From Methanobacteriota archaeon (GTDB lineage: Archaea > Thermoplasmatota > Poseidoniia > Poseidoniales > Poseidoniaceae), in NCBI GenBank assembly GCA_038130705.1, contig JAYPOA010000003.1, positions 1 to 62,530 of the forward strand: a DNA stretch of 62,530 nt. Direction: 5' to 3'. Positions 40,001 through 45,916 of the stretch are shown piece by piece. Below the pieces are notes generated by a model. That model saw only the letters and a list, made by a program, of their open reading frames with translations. It did no database searches and had not been told where the DNA came from. The stretch's first letter is position 1. Each line of letters starts with the position of its first letter. A program made the position numbers and the translations under genes.

Positions 40001-40691
40001 AAACTCCAAGTCCAATTTGAAGTGGAAGTGTTGCTTTGTTCCACTTCCCATCTACAGGTTTGATGTAGCCAAACCATCCAACATCAGTCGCAGGAGTAAG
40101 TACTCCTCTCAAGAGGACAGCTGCGAGTAATCCGAGTACGGAAAAGATACTCCAGGTACTAAAGAAGACGTATCCAACTGCCTCTTGCCATGCTCCGTTT
40201 CTTACATACTCTTCACCTTCAATTACAAGGAGATTAGTTTGCGTATCGGCAAAGTTTGCTGCTGAAACAACAGCAGTCCACAAACCGACCATGCTGAATA
40301 CAAGAACAGTGTTCCATTCGTGCCTACCGCTGTTGTCGAGAAGATATCCGCCAAACATGGTCACCAAGAAAATCATGGCGACGAAGTTGGAATCTGCAAG
40401 ACTTGCAACAACGTTGGAAAGTATCAGTGAAACAATCAATACAGCGAGGGAAACAGATGCTGTAGGGAATGTTATGATTTCTTTCTCACGCAGATAGCGT
40501 GGAGTCATTGCCAAAATTGCACCCAAGGCAATCATGGCAAATGGTGTCATCTCATTCATTTCCAGAACTAAACCGAAATCTAGTCCATAATCCGCTAACA
40601 GAGCCAACAAAATCGCGATGGGTGCTAATAGCCACCCAAGCATAGGTTCTGGGGCTCCAATTTTACTGTCGTTTTCTGTCGACATTTTCAT
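31032..40691 (-). CDS. aglB: giant (3,219 aa) oligosaccharyltransferase AglB/STT3 fusion: extra polytopic N-domain + STT3 core + ~1,800-aa beta-sandwich repeat extension + C-terminal TM
   Basis: WWDYG at nt 37740..37754 (FVSWWDYGFQ). EL1 acidic motif GGSDPWYMKR. TIxE-type motif GTIAEASAP. Many TM helices. The extension has repeated CarboxypepD_reg-like patterns (CGQVTMSDNGQPLSDVRILIE...TDENGNWCFIAPAGKIRASAY; TGNVTSENGMPLANSTVWLRN...TDENGSFAKYVAAGFWYVEV). CARDB-like modules lie near the end. Terminal helix WITVVIFMLTILALYGGY. Confidence 0.9.
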   Translation of the reverse strand: MKMSTENDSKIGAPEPMLGWLLAPIAILLALLADYGLDFGLVLEMNEMTPFAMIALGAILAMTPRYLREKEIITFPTASVSLAVLIVSLILSNVVASLADSNFVAMIFLVTMFGGYLLDNSGRHEWNTVLVFSMVGLWTAVVSAANFADTQTNLLVIEGEEYVRNGAWQEAVGYVFFSTWSIFSVLGLLAAVLLRGVLTPATDVGWFGYIKPVDGKWNKATLPLQIGLGVWALTHILTLYYFGTLSDLNILGISGLDNYHGYIGFWPAALTGVVALVCAWMAAEKWYTRTLFIGSMWLLYIVSSLYESAHWESDRLEGTWAVWIWFGITFFIGVVIYWFATHEQYGGWKNRESHEPSQAKVFWSNHWAGIMVFLAFLTGLAIRIQWYFVPSMNSSGLESWDLTGGSDPWYMKRVVDYIIVENAHLIWDADRNYPVGGINPRPPLFSWSMAMGAMLLTNLGLSSDEAVWYSMLALPAIFGALIVFPMAGIAKDHFGKGAGVLAAWLIAFMPTHVQKSTWAMADHDSFVLLFLTAAFMFYLRAIKHGGDERLSRTTNAWPSGIYNAIGVVMKEKRTASMNAIAAGVCFGIVALGWKGFVYGPAIIFLAYVVQVAMNLLRKKDSTTISTINLLLLGTIFVMVIPFYAHPQLDLVWNSTGLQPLVFIAVFTLAIAWITTGFRDKPWLLVLGSLFTGGFVFGLALYLLQLAELSNAWEVLTTGSGYFTKNKIFGTIAEASAPSRGQLFASFGPIVFVIAIVMGFIALWDGIVKKNQPHLILGMWVLVASYMAWSAGRFLFNAAPAMAVMGAWGITGLWRASGAGEMAKKWRRMGIRTPGERISNARKAVWRTPQFSAIGLVLMLIFSQHATYGLDAAMPSSTVHESNMDETIYNIAPDILRWNDFGFSLLDDSSYDDNSRWYLGSFGSGFNDRGWNLAYEWLANQDVHHVGVTTKSACDDVSGDWDSSGSVCLMKYSDKPAFVSWWDYGFQALETGDHPSVADNFQSGISAAGNMLLSRNQDDLAAMFIWRLSQADLSYNLANDDNNVHTNSFVQTIGKYLSDEQVSEFVKIQTNLDSEDVIERLYEVTHTNGDVVLAQGYNIVDGIVDTDGPMMYKVYEDGEIIPCIPDEGQVEICSGDAYLNFANAESVFNNNVRSPADTKTEATYYIAGDYWYTSDLIEEYDSVSTGIHRTNARIALITQLLTSSLDSDTLHTMFADLSNNRVYSVQDYEGAPGDMITRDHEIRYLAVDTKLYPRGGSYNSEYSGGNPTGIFAPVSILSGQDFSTFMDEVYMTSRGQFNDEMTREEFDEEMKKDILNQQAGQDFDPLQLVDVRVDHKPAFFDTMLARTYIGYGSPNLGFATTEQPGQHWGQSGTPNSILTNALPMPGAMMNHMVIANWYNAEDPNDGLGSSNTLVKVMKYYAGAEICGQVTMSDNGQPLSDVRILIERDAFSGEDETDLDSDTYWIPIGNTDTDENGNWCFIAPAGKIRASAYAGVFDDALAKDSFQANEYSSGLGDLTVDVNEDRETNVLTALLGKVSNMTWMGEVTYNITGQQADRLATFDDTFDIAVDSSGISGTVTWTGNESFEGQALDGIDFILKNIWSMTSNYTLSTSSGSFTTEDGNSRIIQGTGEVLFTNNGSFDTQGNPAIVRGFTGNFTRIVDDGRSYTASATFSGAGTIVATSVEYEHTIPSCEYSNESANPELPSFNETVDNETVTSTHVVCLTNEADTYYFMGEINATGRMTAEGPVTVVKYLDGETFEGTGLFEGVGTANGTGLFIGEGTFSGDMVAPGSFYKTGILPGTYNMIAIMPNGKEVLLPDPVEVGLTPTNNLDMVLPGSIFADTLLTQSSETGAPEPLPNQTIELLDLDIDENVPIAEIITDEEGNFSYGPIAAGEYQWRVDVDGDGWYEMSMNFTVGQDSENISLAAFIPQKQDLTINLDAGNSGLDLSNRTLTFTNTESTDLLPIIETAVSDENGVVNVELFTGSWIVSDEGDEEYVLWNEFDIESDDIELDLTYSVSVWINATLYSVRAEGEILLDNGESLSNLTDIYLNDPSNATIEPASNVKIEARSGTIIIDTISDFDGNFSMRLPENMVFHVTADRFSGSSTYAGGILVENASNLESGNIYLLNTGNVEGTVYIRDSITNGSGAVWSNEIPGSQEIEIIATNDDGLEWRSQLDSSGTFTFNLNKGNWTYTVSNELMNVEPVLKNNSGYEMEPVDLIAKPDNVSVTFRIFLDTTDGTWENGSAIMPSFDIVSMSDIGINATVIPDDYDMATGEVTVELSVGQYSIELSPTLPTDENATDYYLQSDFIPNLNIGLGPSGEPLSIPIIPEYLVTGNVTSENGMPLANSTVWLRNEAGDDFHPLNTDENGSFAKYVAAGFWYVEVADFTAEDSNETEIFRGVLNITGAVRDISWQTQTAMPVTMQLKEMFTGVNVTATRITAVSNEGLGNVSLGPSDNFGNISEVLMPGDWTLHLERTETLEQWILEEGVYLSDNLDNGSWNVGVVEINKYVLIGGKIFWDLNDDDLPSLGEGVENVTVNVTAVKGWNWTLQTDAEGVWSVFVPIRDDYDIHAEKLGFDSATYVTENNTTYAYVVNDTHESRDLELTAGLVSVSGNVTDSVPTAMRLENAKVTLYPASGIVRDPVVITNLVYADDTLSWSDNIMPGNWIVFVEGTDTDDNGGGIAVGLLEASVQEGASLDLEMRKGGRLALTSTWTDIQNNVLTAGDVGEDVFVTISLGEEIEWDVAFDSNGEVNIVLPSCEGAESCVDLESEFDTVQHDLNLTMPYSSGIVVDIDQDTALDKEMQFTKKVDSDLIVSIGSINSGADYSVDDLTELNAKESDSNDYEVIELTLNLTYDGTEIEDMFSTSGSLDLTQDSEYWAVEFKDADGNWVDSINVTMGIGQNNSDENQVLTTQVDVRITLPLQNQSITYDDGHTVKMRFTADGGLSEETVVVRVPQIYNITLEDAPESVGVADGGTVIVTLRVDNLGNGDDTVSITSSIPQECVDAGWDVTPKLSNITIAANNDRSQSFTVHAPTNSTLDDCDVAFEATSEGDFEVQTASTEVVIAVADLAILIESIEPRNADAFANQDGIFRVPIENTGFLSTGDVIVYLEASQEGTDYPTQQTTIRIAAQDVEWAEFPYSDLPPGTAHLRVRLDVIDTPLDSTVEPVDFSRKFSNVADGEESPWITVVIFMLTILALYGGYKVARKGSSSRF
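36420..39600 (-). other. STT3/AglB catalytic core region within the giant ORF (about residues 365-1424)
   Basis: Boundaries come from my manual residue count. STT3 TM1 is at about residues 365-388, followed by the SDPWY loop. WWDYG is at residues 980-984. The first prealbumin-like repeat begins at about residue 1425. Confidence 0.6.
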
Positions 40692-40740
40692 TTCCCTCTG
40701 TTTTTTTGTCCAGCCTTATGGCTGTAGCGTTGTGGCGACC

Positions 40741-40752
40741 AAAGGGCCCTTT
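40741..40752. promoter_or_regulatory. 12-bp palindrome AAAGGGCCCTTT next to an ATAAAAAG TATA-like box upstream of the aglB-fusion gene
   Basis: Read directly, about 50-60 nt upstream of start 40691 in the 137-nt purD-aglB spacer. Confidence 0.2.
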
Positions 40753-40828
40753 TTATGCGTTCCCTACGGGTATTTCCACTGCAACCCTCAGGATATTATT
40801 AAAAACGCATTACTGAAGACTTGTTTTT

Positions 40829-42145
40829 TCAATTTTTATTTAGGGCCCTATGACCGATATCTCGTCGATAATGTGAGCCGGACAACTCTATTTGCTCGAT
40901 TAAAGAATACGCCACATTTGCGGCTTCTTGTAAATTCGAGCCGATTCCTGTACAAGACAGAACTCTTCCTCCGTTAGAAACTAAAATCTCATTCTCCAGT
41001 TTTGTACCTGCGTGATTGACCCAACCTTTTTCTGAATTCTCTGGAAGATTTTCAATTAATCTGCCCTTTTCAACCGAACCAGGATAATTTTCGGCAGCGA
41101 GTACAACTGTCATTGCATGATTGTTTGAGAATTGAACATTTACCTCAGACAATGTGTCTGTTGAAGCCGCTTGAAACATCTCACCTAAATCAGAATCTAT
41201 CAATGGCAGTGTTATTTGACATTCGGGGTCTCCAAATCTAACATTGAATTCAACGACATATGGGTCACCGTGAGAATCTATCATCAATCCACAGTATAGC
41301 ACACCCCTGTACGGAACTCTTTGTTTGGAAAGATAAGAATGCATAGGTTTCACAACTCGTTCAACAGTTTTCTGATGCACTTCATCAGTGTAAACTGGTG
41401 CTGGCGCATAAGCTCCCATTCCACCCGTGTTGCGTCCTTTGTCACCTTCGAATTCTCTCTTATGGTCTTGACTAGCTGGTAAGCAAACAAATCCACTACC
41501 ATCCATAACAACCAACATACTTGCTTCCTCACCAGGCAAAAAATCCTCTAGGAGAACTTGCCCGTCCGAATTTATTGATTGTTGGATAAATTCCTTTGCT
41601 TCAATTCGATTTTCTGTAACAACTACACCTTTACCCCCTGCGAGGACATCTCTTTTTATGACCCAAGGGTTTGATGAAAATTCATCGAGAGCAGCATCAA
41701 TATCTGATGCACTATCCAGTACATGGAATTTTGCAGTTGGGACGCCATTTGCCTCCATTACTCGCTTTGCGTGCAATTTACTTCCTTCCAATCTTGCTAA
41801 ATTAGCAACTGGTCCGAAGCAAGGAATATCCATTTTTGCCAGATGGTCAGCTAATCCCTCGCAGAGTGGAGCCTCAGGACCAGCGATAACGAAATCAACA
41901 TCCAGTTGAAAGGCAAGATGGACAAGGTCTGAAACCTCAGAAAAATTATGATTTGTCGCAATATTTGCAGTTCCGGCATTACCTGGAGCGCAATGAATCT
42001 CTGACACTGATTCACTGGAGGAAAGACCGAGACAGATGGCGTGTTCCCTTCCTCCGCCACCGACTACTAATACTGACAATCCAGACATATCGCTTCCATC
42101 TATACGAGGCAAATAAGTCCATCTGAACGAATTTGTTCCATTCAA
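40829..42145 (-). CDS. purD: phosphoribosylamine-glycine ligase (GAR synthetase)
   Basis: LSVLVVGGGGREHAI N-terminus, ATP-grasp region and conserved C-terminal GGRVL...IG. A likely true start is the internal ATG at 42088 (MSGLSVLVVGGGG). Confidence 0.95.
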   Translation of the reverse strand: MNGTNSFRWTYLPRIDGSDMSGLSVLVVGGGGREHAICLGLSSSESVSEIHCAPGNAGTANIATNHNFSEVSDLVHLAFQLDVDFVIAGPEAPLCEGLADHLAKMDIPCFGPVANLARLEGSKLHAKRVMEANGVPTAKFHVLDSASDIDAALDEFSSNPWVIKRDVLAGGKGVVVTENRIEAKEFIQQSINSDGQVLLEDFLPGEEASMLVVMDGSGFVCLPASQDHKREFEGDKGRNTGGMGAYAPAPVYTDEVHQKTVERVVKPMHSYLSKQRVPYRGVLYCGLMIDSHGDPYVVEFNVRFGDPECQITLPLIDSDLGEMFQAASTDTLSEVNVQFSNNHAMTVVLAAENYPGSVEKGRLIENLPENSEKGWVNHAGTKLENEILVSNGGRVLSCTGIGSNLQEAANVAYSLIEQIELSGSHYRRDIGHRALNKN

Positions 42146-42154
42146 TTCAAAGGC

Positions 42155-42784
42155 TTGGTTGTGTACAAAGAATTCATGGGCGACTTCAATACCTTCGAGT
42201 TGATGTTATTCACATTGTGGATTTACCTTCCTGGATTTTTGGTTAATACCTTTGCAATGATGTGGGGCAAGTGGCTTCCAAAAACGGGATATGGGCCATG
42301 GCCAATCGATGGTGGAAAAATACACAAAGATGGAAATCGAATTTTAGGTGATGGGAAAACTTGGAATGGACTAATCGGAGGCTCAATCACAAGTGGATTA
42401 CTTTGTGTCATAATGGTAAGTATGCCAGAAAATTGGATTTTCATTTCCCCCGTAAATGATTCCTCTGGTTGGGCTGCTAATGCATTTTTGCTGGGAACAT
42501 TCTTAGGATTTACAAGTCTAATTGGCGACTCAACTGGATCATATTTCAAAAGAAGAAAGGGGATGAAGCGAGAAGGAGATGTGTCAAGCAAAGCACCGCT
42601 GTTGGACACTCTTCCTTTTGCAGTTTCAGTATTCATTTTCGGTCAGATTTTCCTTACCGAATCTGCTCACGGCAGTAGAGAATTGATTGTACCAATGCTT
42701 TTGTTGGTGATAATCACTCCAATTTTGCATAGGTCCTTTAATCTGATAGGATACAAAATTGGCTGGAAAGATGTGCCTTACTGA
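42155..42784 (+). CDS. carS: CDP-archaeol synthase
   Basis: WIYLPGFLVNTFAMMWGK, PIDGG, GDGKTWNGLIGG, IGDSTGSYFKRRKG and PLLDTLPF are characteristic of the archaeal CarS/DUF46 family. The start may be internal (about 42176 or 42203). Confidence 0.85.
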   Translation: MVVYKEFMGDFNTFELMLFTLWIYLPGFLVNTFAMMWGKWLPKTGYGPWPIDGGKIHKDGNRILGDGKTWNGLIGGSITSGLLCVIMVSMPENWIFISPVNDSSGWAANAFLLGTFLGFTSLIGDSTGSYFKRRKGMKREGDVSSKAPLLDTLPFAVSVFIFGQIFLTESAHGSRELIVPMLLLVIITPILHRSFNLIGYKIGWKDVPY

Positions 42785-42829
42785 ACTTTGTAGCGTTTCA
42801 TTCATTTGCTATGAGTAAATCCCACAACC

Positions 42830-44482
42830 ATGCGAAGAGCAATTCTAATGTCTATGTTGATATTAATTAGCCTGCACTCAGTATCGGCAACTGAATATGA
42901 TTCGAACCAAAATCTAAGTGCAAATGGTAGCCTCTCAGGCAATCACACTGTATCAAACGGAGCGACTTTAGAAATTAGTGGGAATTACAATATTGAAGAT
43001 GGCTCTAATTTTGTAGTCGAAGAGGGCTCAACAATGATAGTCAGTGGAGAGATGAATGCTAATGCTCCACCTCAATTGAACATTGACCCACAAACCGAAA
43101 TGGTTGTACCAATCGGTAACCTTGGACCTGAAGGAATAATGAGAATTATCTTTGCAGAAGAGGTTTATTACAACATTACAATTGAAATCAATAATGAATC
43201 ATTTGAATGGAAAGGTGAAACTTTCAATTACACTATGGACATGGATGTAGATAACATAACAGTTAATTTCACACACACTGGATTTTGGTTGATTGCGATA
43301 TCTGAAATTCAATTATCGCCAACTGGAAGTACTCCAGAAATCAGAACTCCCGATGTCCTAACTGGTAACGGAACGTCATACGTTATTCCTGACCGAAACA
43401 AAGCTTGGACAATCGACGTATACGGAGATTTAGAGGTTACAGGCAACATCTATGGCGCTGAGATAAATTGCTTTGGAAATTGTACCATAACAAATGCTGA
43501 CTTGACGAGTACTGGGCCAATAAATGTCTACGGATCATTGGTTATTACTGGCTCATCCCTCTCGGGAGGAATTTCTGACGAAGACGTCATTGTATGGGAT
43601 GATGCAGAAATCACTTGGGATAGTAGTACCGGTACTGGTGGAACAACCGACAATTGGATAAGATTACTCAGCAGTAGAACTATTGGAGTTCAAAATAGCC
43701 ACGTCACATTCAGAGGTTATGGGTTGGGCTATGATGCAGTTGACTCTTCACAGATTACTGATAATTCAACAGGTAACTTCGCAAATTATGGAGACCATGT
43801 CATTGAAATCGGTTACAATGAACGTGTAAGAATCATCGAATGGCAAGATGGAAATGGCGACATCCACCAAGAAAGTGCTAGCGGTGAATTAGTCCTATCT
43901 ACTCCTTGGGGAATTTACACAAAGAACATCGCTGATTTACCTCGTGTAAATCACTTCGACATGGAAATTGACCTACCTCTGCTAAGTTTTGACAGCCTGG
44001 CTGAATCTGATGATGAAAATAGTGTCAATAGCAGATTAGGAGTAATGGCAACTGTTTCAAACCAGGGCTCAGCACCTGCTACTTTCTTAGTAGATTGTTT
44101 CTCAAATGGTGTTGAAGCAAACGTTGGAGTAAATGTTCCTTACACAGTGGGAGCTGGCGAAACTATCGAAATCCCAATGAATTGGGATTCGGCGGTAGAA
44201 GGAGATCTAACCCTTGAGTGCAGTATTTTTGTACCGTATCAACTGTACTCCATCGAAGTATTAGACCCTACAGCAAGCTCAGCAAGCACTGGTGTTGTAT
44301 CATGGGAAGAAGTTGAAGATGAGAGTTCAAGTATGATAATACCCCTAGCAATGGGCATTGTGTTGGCCGTTGTGTGCTACGTAGGATTCATGATTTATTC
44401 TCGGTCTAAAGATGAAATTGACTTCGAGGGTGATTCGGATGTTGTTCCTGAATCTGACGATGAAGTCGGAACTATTGAATGA
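42830..44482 (+). CDS. secreted surface protein with CARDB-like domain and C-terminal TM anchor
   Basis: Signal peptide MRRAILMSMLILISLHSVSA. Beta-helix-like G-N/S-rich repeats. CARDB-like segment (VMATVSNQGSAPATFLVDCF...GETIEIPMNWD). TM IIPLAMGIVLAVVCYVGFMIY and an acidic tail. Confidence 0.7.
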   Translation: MRRAILMSMLILISLHSVSATEYDSNQNLSANGSLSGNHTVSNGATLEISGNYNIEDGSNFVVEEGSTMIVSGEMNANAPPQLNIDPQTEMVVPIGNLGPEGIMRIIFAEEVYYNITIEINNESFEWKGETFNYTMDMDVDNITVNFTHTGFWLIAISEIQLSPTGSTPEIRTPDVLTGNGTSYVIPDRNKAWTIDVYGDLEVTGNIYGAEINCFGNCTITNADLTSTGPINVYGSLVITGSSLSGGISDEDVIVWDDAEITWDSSTGTGGTTDNWIRLLSSRTIGVQNSHVTFRGYGLGYDAVDSSQITDNSTGNFANYGDHVIEIGYNERVRIIEWQDGNGDIHQESASGELVLSTPWGIYTKNIADLPRVNHFDMEIDLPLLSFDSLAESDDENSVNSRLGVMATVSNQGSAPATFLVDCFSNGVEANVGVNVPYTVGAGETIEIPMNWDSAVEGDLTLECSIFVPYQLYSIEVLDPTASSASTGVVSWEEVEDESSSMIIPLAMGIVLAVVCYVGFMIYSRSKDEIDFEGDSDVVPESDDEVGTIE

Positions 44483-44483
44483 A

Positions 44484-45824
44484 TCAGCACTCTGATGCTG
44501 GCTCACTAGCTTGGCTTCCCTCGTTCGAATCCCAGAAGAATTCGATACGGGAATCAGAGGTAGTATAGGTTTCTCCAAGTTCATTGATTATTTTCACTTC
44601 AAAGGTGTAGCAACCATCTCCACTGTAGAAATCGTCTCTGTCAAGGATTGACATATCGTTAGAATAAGTCCCAGGCATTTGTACCCAACTGTAAGAAAAC
44701 TCTCCTAACCCTGGAACTATTCCTTCTTCAGCTGAAATTAGATCATAACTATATGTCTCAGAACTACCTTTTAGGACTTTCAGACCAACTGTCCAATCAG
44801 ATTCGATGGGTTTTGGCTCTACTCCTGTGAACATGTTGTTGTCAAAACCGAAAGACGCATCAGGGTCTCCCATTCCGATTATCATTTCAACATTGATACC
44901 AGTGTAGGTCTTTTCTCCAGTTTCTGTATCGGTGGTAAACTTTTCATTGATTCTTACGAATCCAGTATCGACTTCCCTGTTCATCAAGTGACTGAAATCA
45001 AACGTTGCTTCACCACCTTCGGAGGTAACTTTGACTTCATAAGTTAGGAGTTTACTCTCAGCCATATCTTCAGAGTTCCCGACCCAGAAATCAACAAGTG
45101 GTACTGAATGGCTCCCTCTATCAACATTTATTGAAGATTCGTGGCTGGCACTAACTGAACCATCAACAAAGATTTCCACAGTGTAATCCATACCTGTTGG
45201 GCCAAAGAATTTGAGGTCAAGTTCGTTGTTAGAACCATCTAACTCCACGCTGGCGATTGTCACTCCGCCTCCCGCTACGATAAACATTGTACCAACCGAT
45301 GCCGCAATGTATACTACTACAAGTGCTATTGCTGAAAAGGACGCTTTAAAAGTGGTATAGGAATTTGATAATTTATTGGAACCCGCATAAAGACCCCATC
45401 CTACTAAAATGATAGTAAAAGATAGGAATCGGTCAACTATAGTAGCGTATATCCATCCATCTTGTAATACTTTGAATAGACTGAATAACACGAAAATTAC
45501 AGCTGCTATTTGCATTCCGATGATTATTTTTTTGTCAACGTCAGTCCACTTTTCCGCCTTATCGACAAAGTCACCCCCGATCGAAGTCGCGTTATTGACT
45601 GGTTTCGGAGACGGGTCGGGTTTCTTTTCTACAGGTTTCTTTTCCGGCTCTGCCTTTACTGGCTTCGGATCTGGTTTTGTCTTGCTCTGCTTTTCCGCAG
45701 ATTTTTTACCCATTTCGTATGCACTGATAATTGCCGATGGGTCATTTACTACCTTTGAACCTACATTGTCACCTTGATGTACAGAATCTTTGTATTCGTT
45801 TGCTTTATCCAAAAGTCCACTCAT
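44484..45824 (-). CDS. membrane protein with Lys/Pro-rich N-terminal region and extracytoplasmic beta-rich C-domain
   Basis: 446-aa ORF. Disordered KPDPKPVKAEPEKKPVEKKPDPSPKPV stretch, four hydrophobic helices, then a beta-rich domain. Confidence 0.65.
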   Translation of the reverse strand: MSGLLDKANEYKDSVHQGDNVGSKVVNDPSAIISAYEMGKKSAEKQSKTKPDPKPVKAEPEKKPVEKKPDPSPKPVNNATSIGGDFVDKAEKWTDVDKKIIIGMQIAAVIFVLFSLFKVLQDGWIYATIVDRFLSFTIILVGWGLYAGSNKLSNSYTTFKASFSAIALVVVYIAASVGTMFIVAGGGVTIASVELDGSNNELDLKFFGPTGMDYTVEIFVDGSVSASHESSINVDRGSHSVPLVDFWVGNSEDMAESKLLTYEVKVTSEGGEATFDFSHLMNREVDTGFVRINEKFTTDTETGEKTYTGINVEMIIGMGDPDASFGFDNNMFTGVEPKPIESDWTVGLKVLKGSSETYSYDLISAEEGIVPGLGEFSYSWVQMPGTYSNDMSILDRDDFYSGDGCYTFEVKIINELGETYTTSDSRIEFFWDSNEGSQASEPASEC

Positions 45825-45916
45825 AACATCACCACTGCTAAATCATCACGATAACTTATGCGTTATCAATACAACCCTTTTACGAGGCTGATTATGTATC
45901 ATTTGGTAAGTTGTTT

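Noticed and set aside
40618-40977. 119-aa + strand ORF spanning the aglB start, the spacer and the purD 3' end. The similar 31000..31320 ORF starts inside the inverted repeat.
   Set aside because: Each crosses two well-supported minus-strand genes and an intergenic promoter region. Neither has motifs. Both are treated as chance ORFs.
42115-42185. My manual base indexing around the purD and carS starts disagreed by one base with the ORF-track frames, which looked like a possible frameshift.
   Set aside because: The supplied translations are continuous and match the PurD and CarS families on both sides. Other anchor points I checked agree with the track. I attribute the discrepancy to my own reading error, not to a real frameshift.
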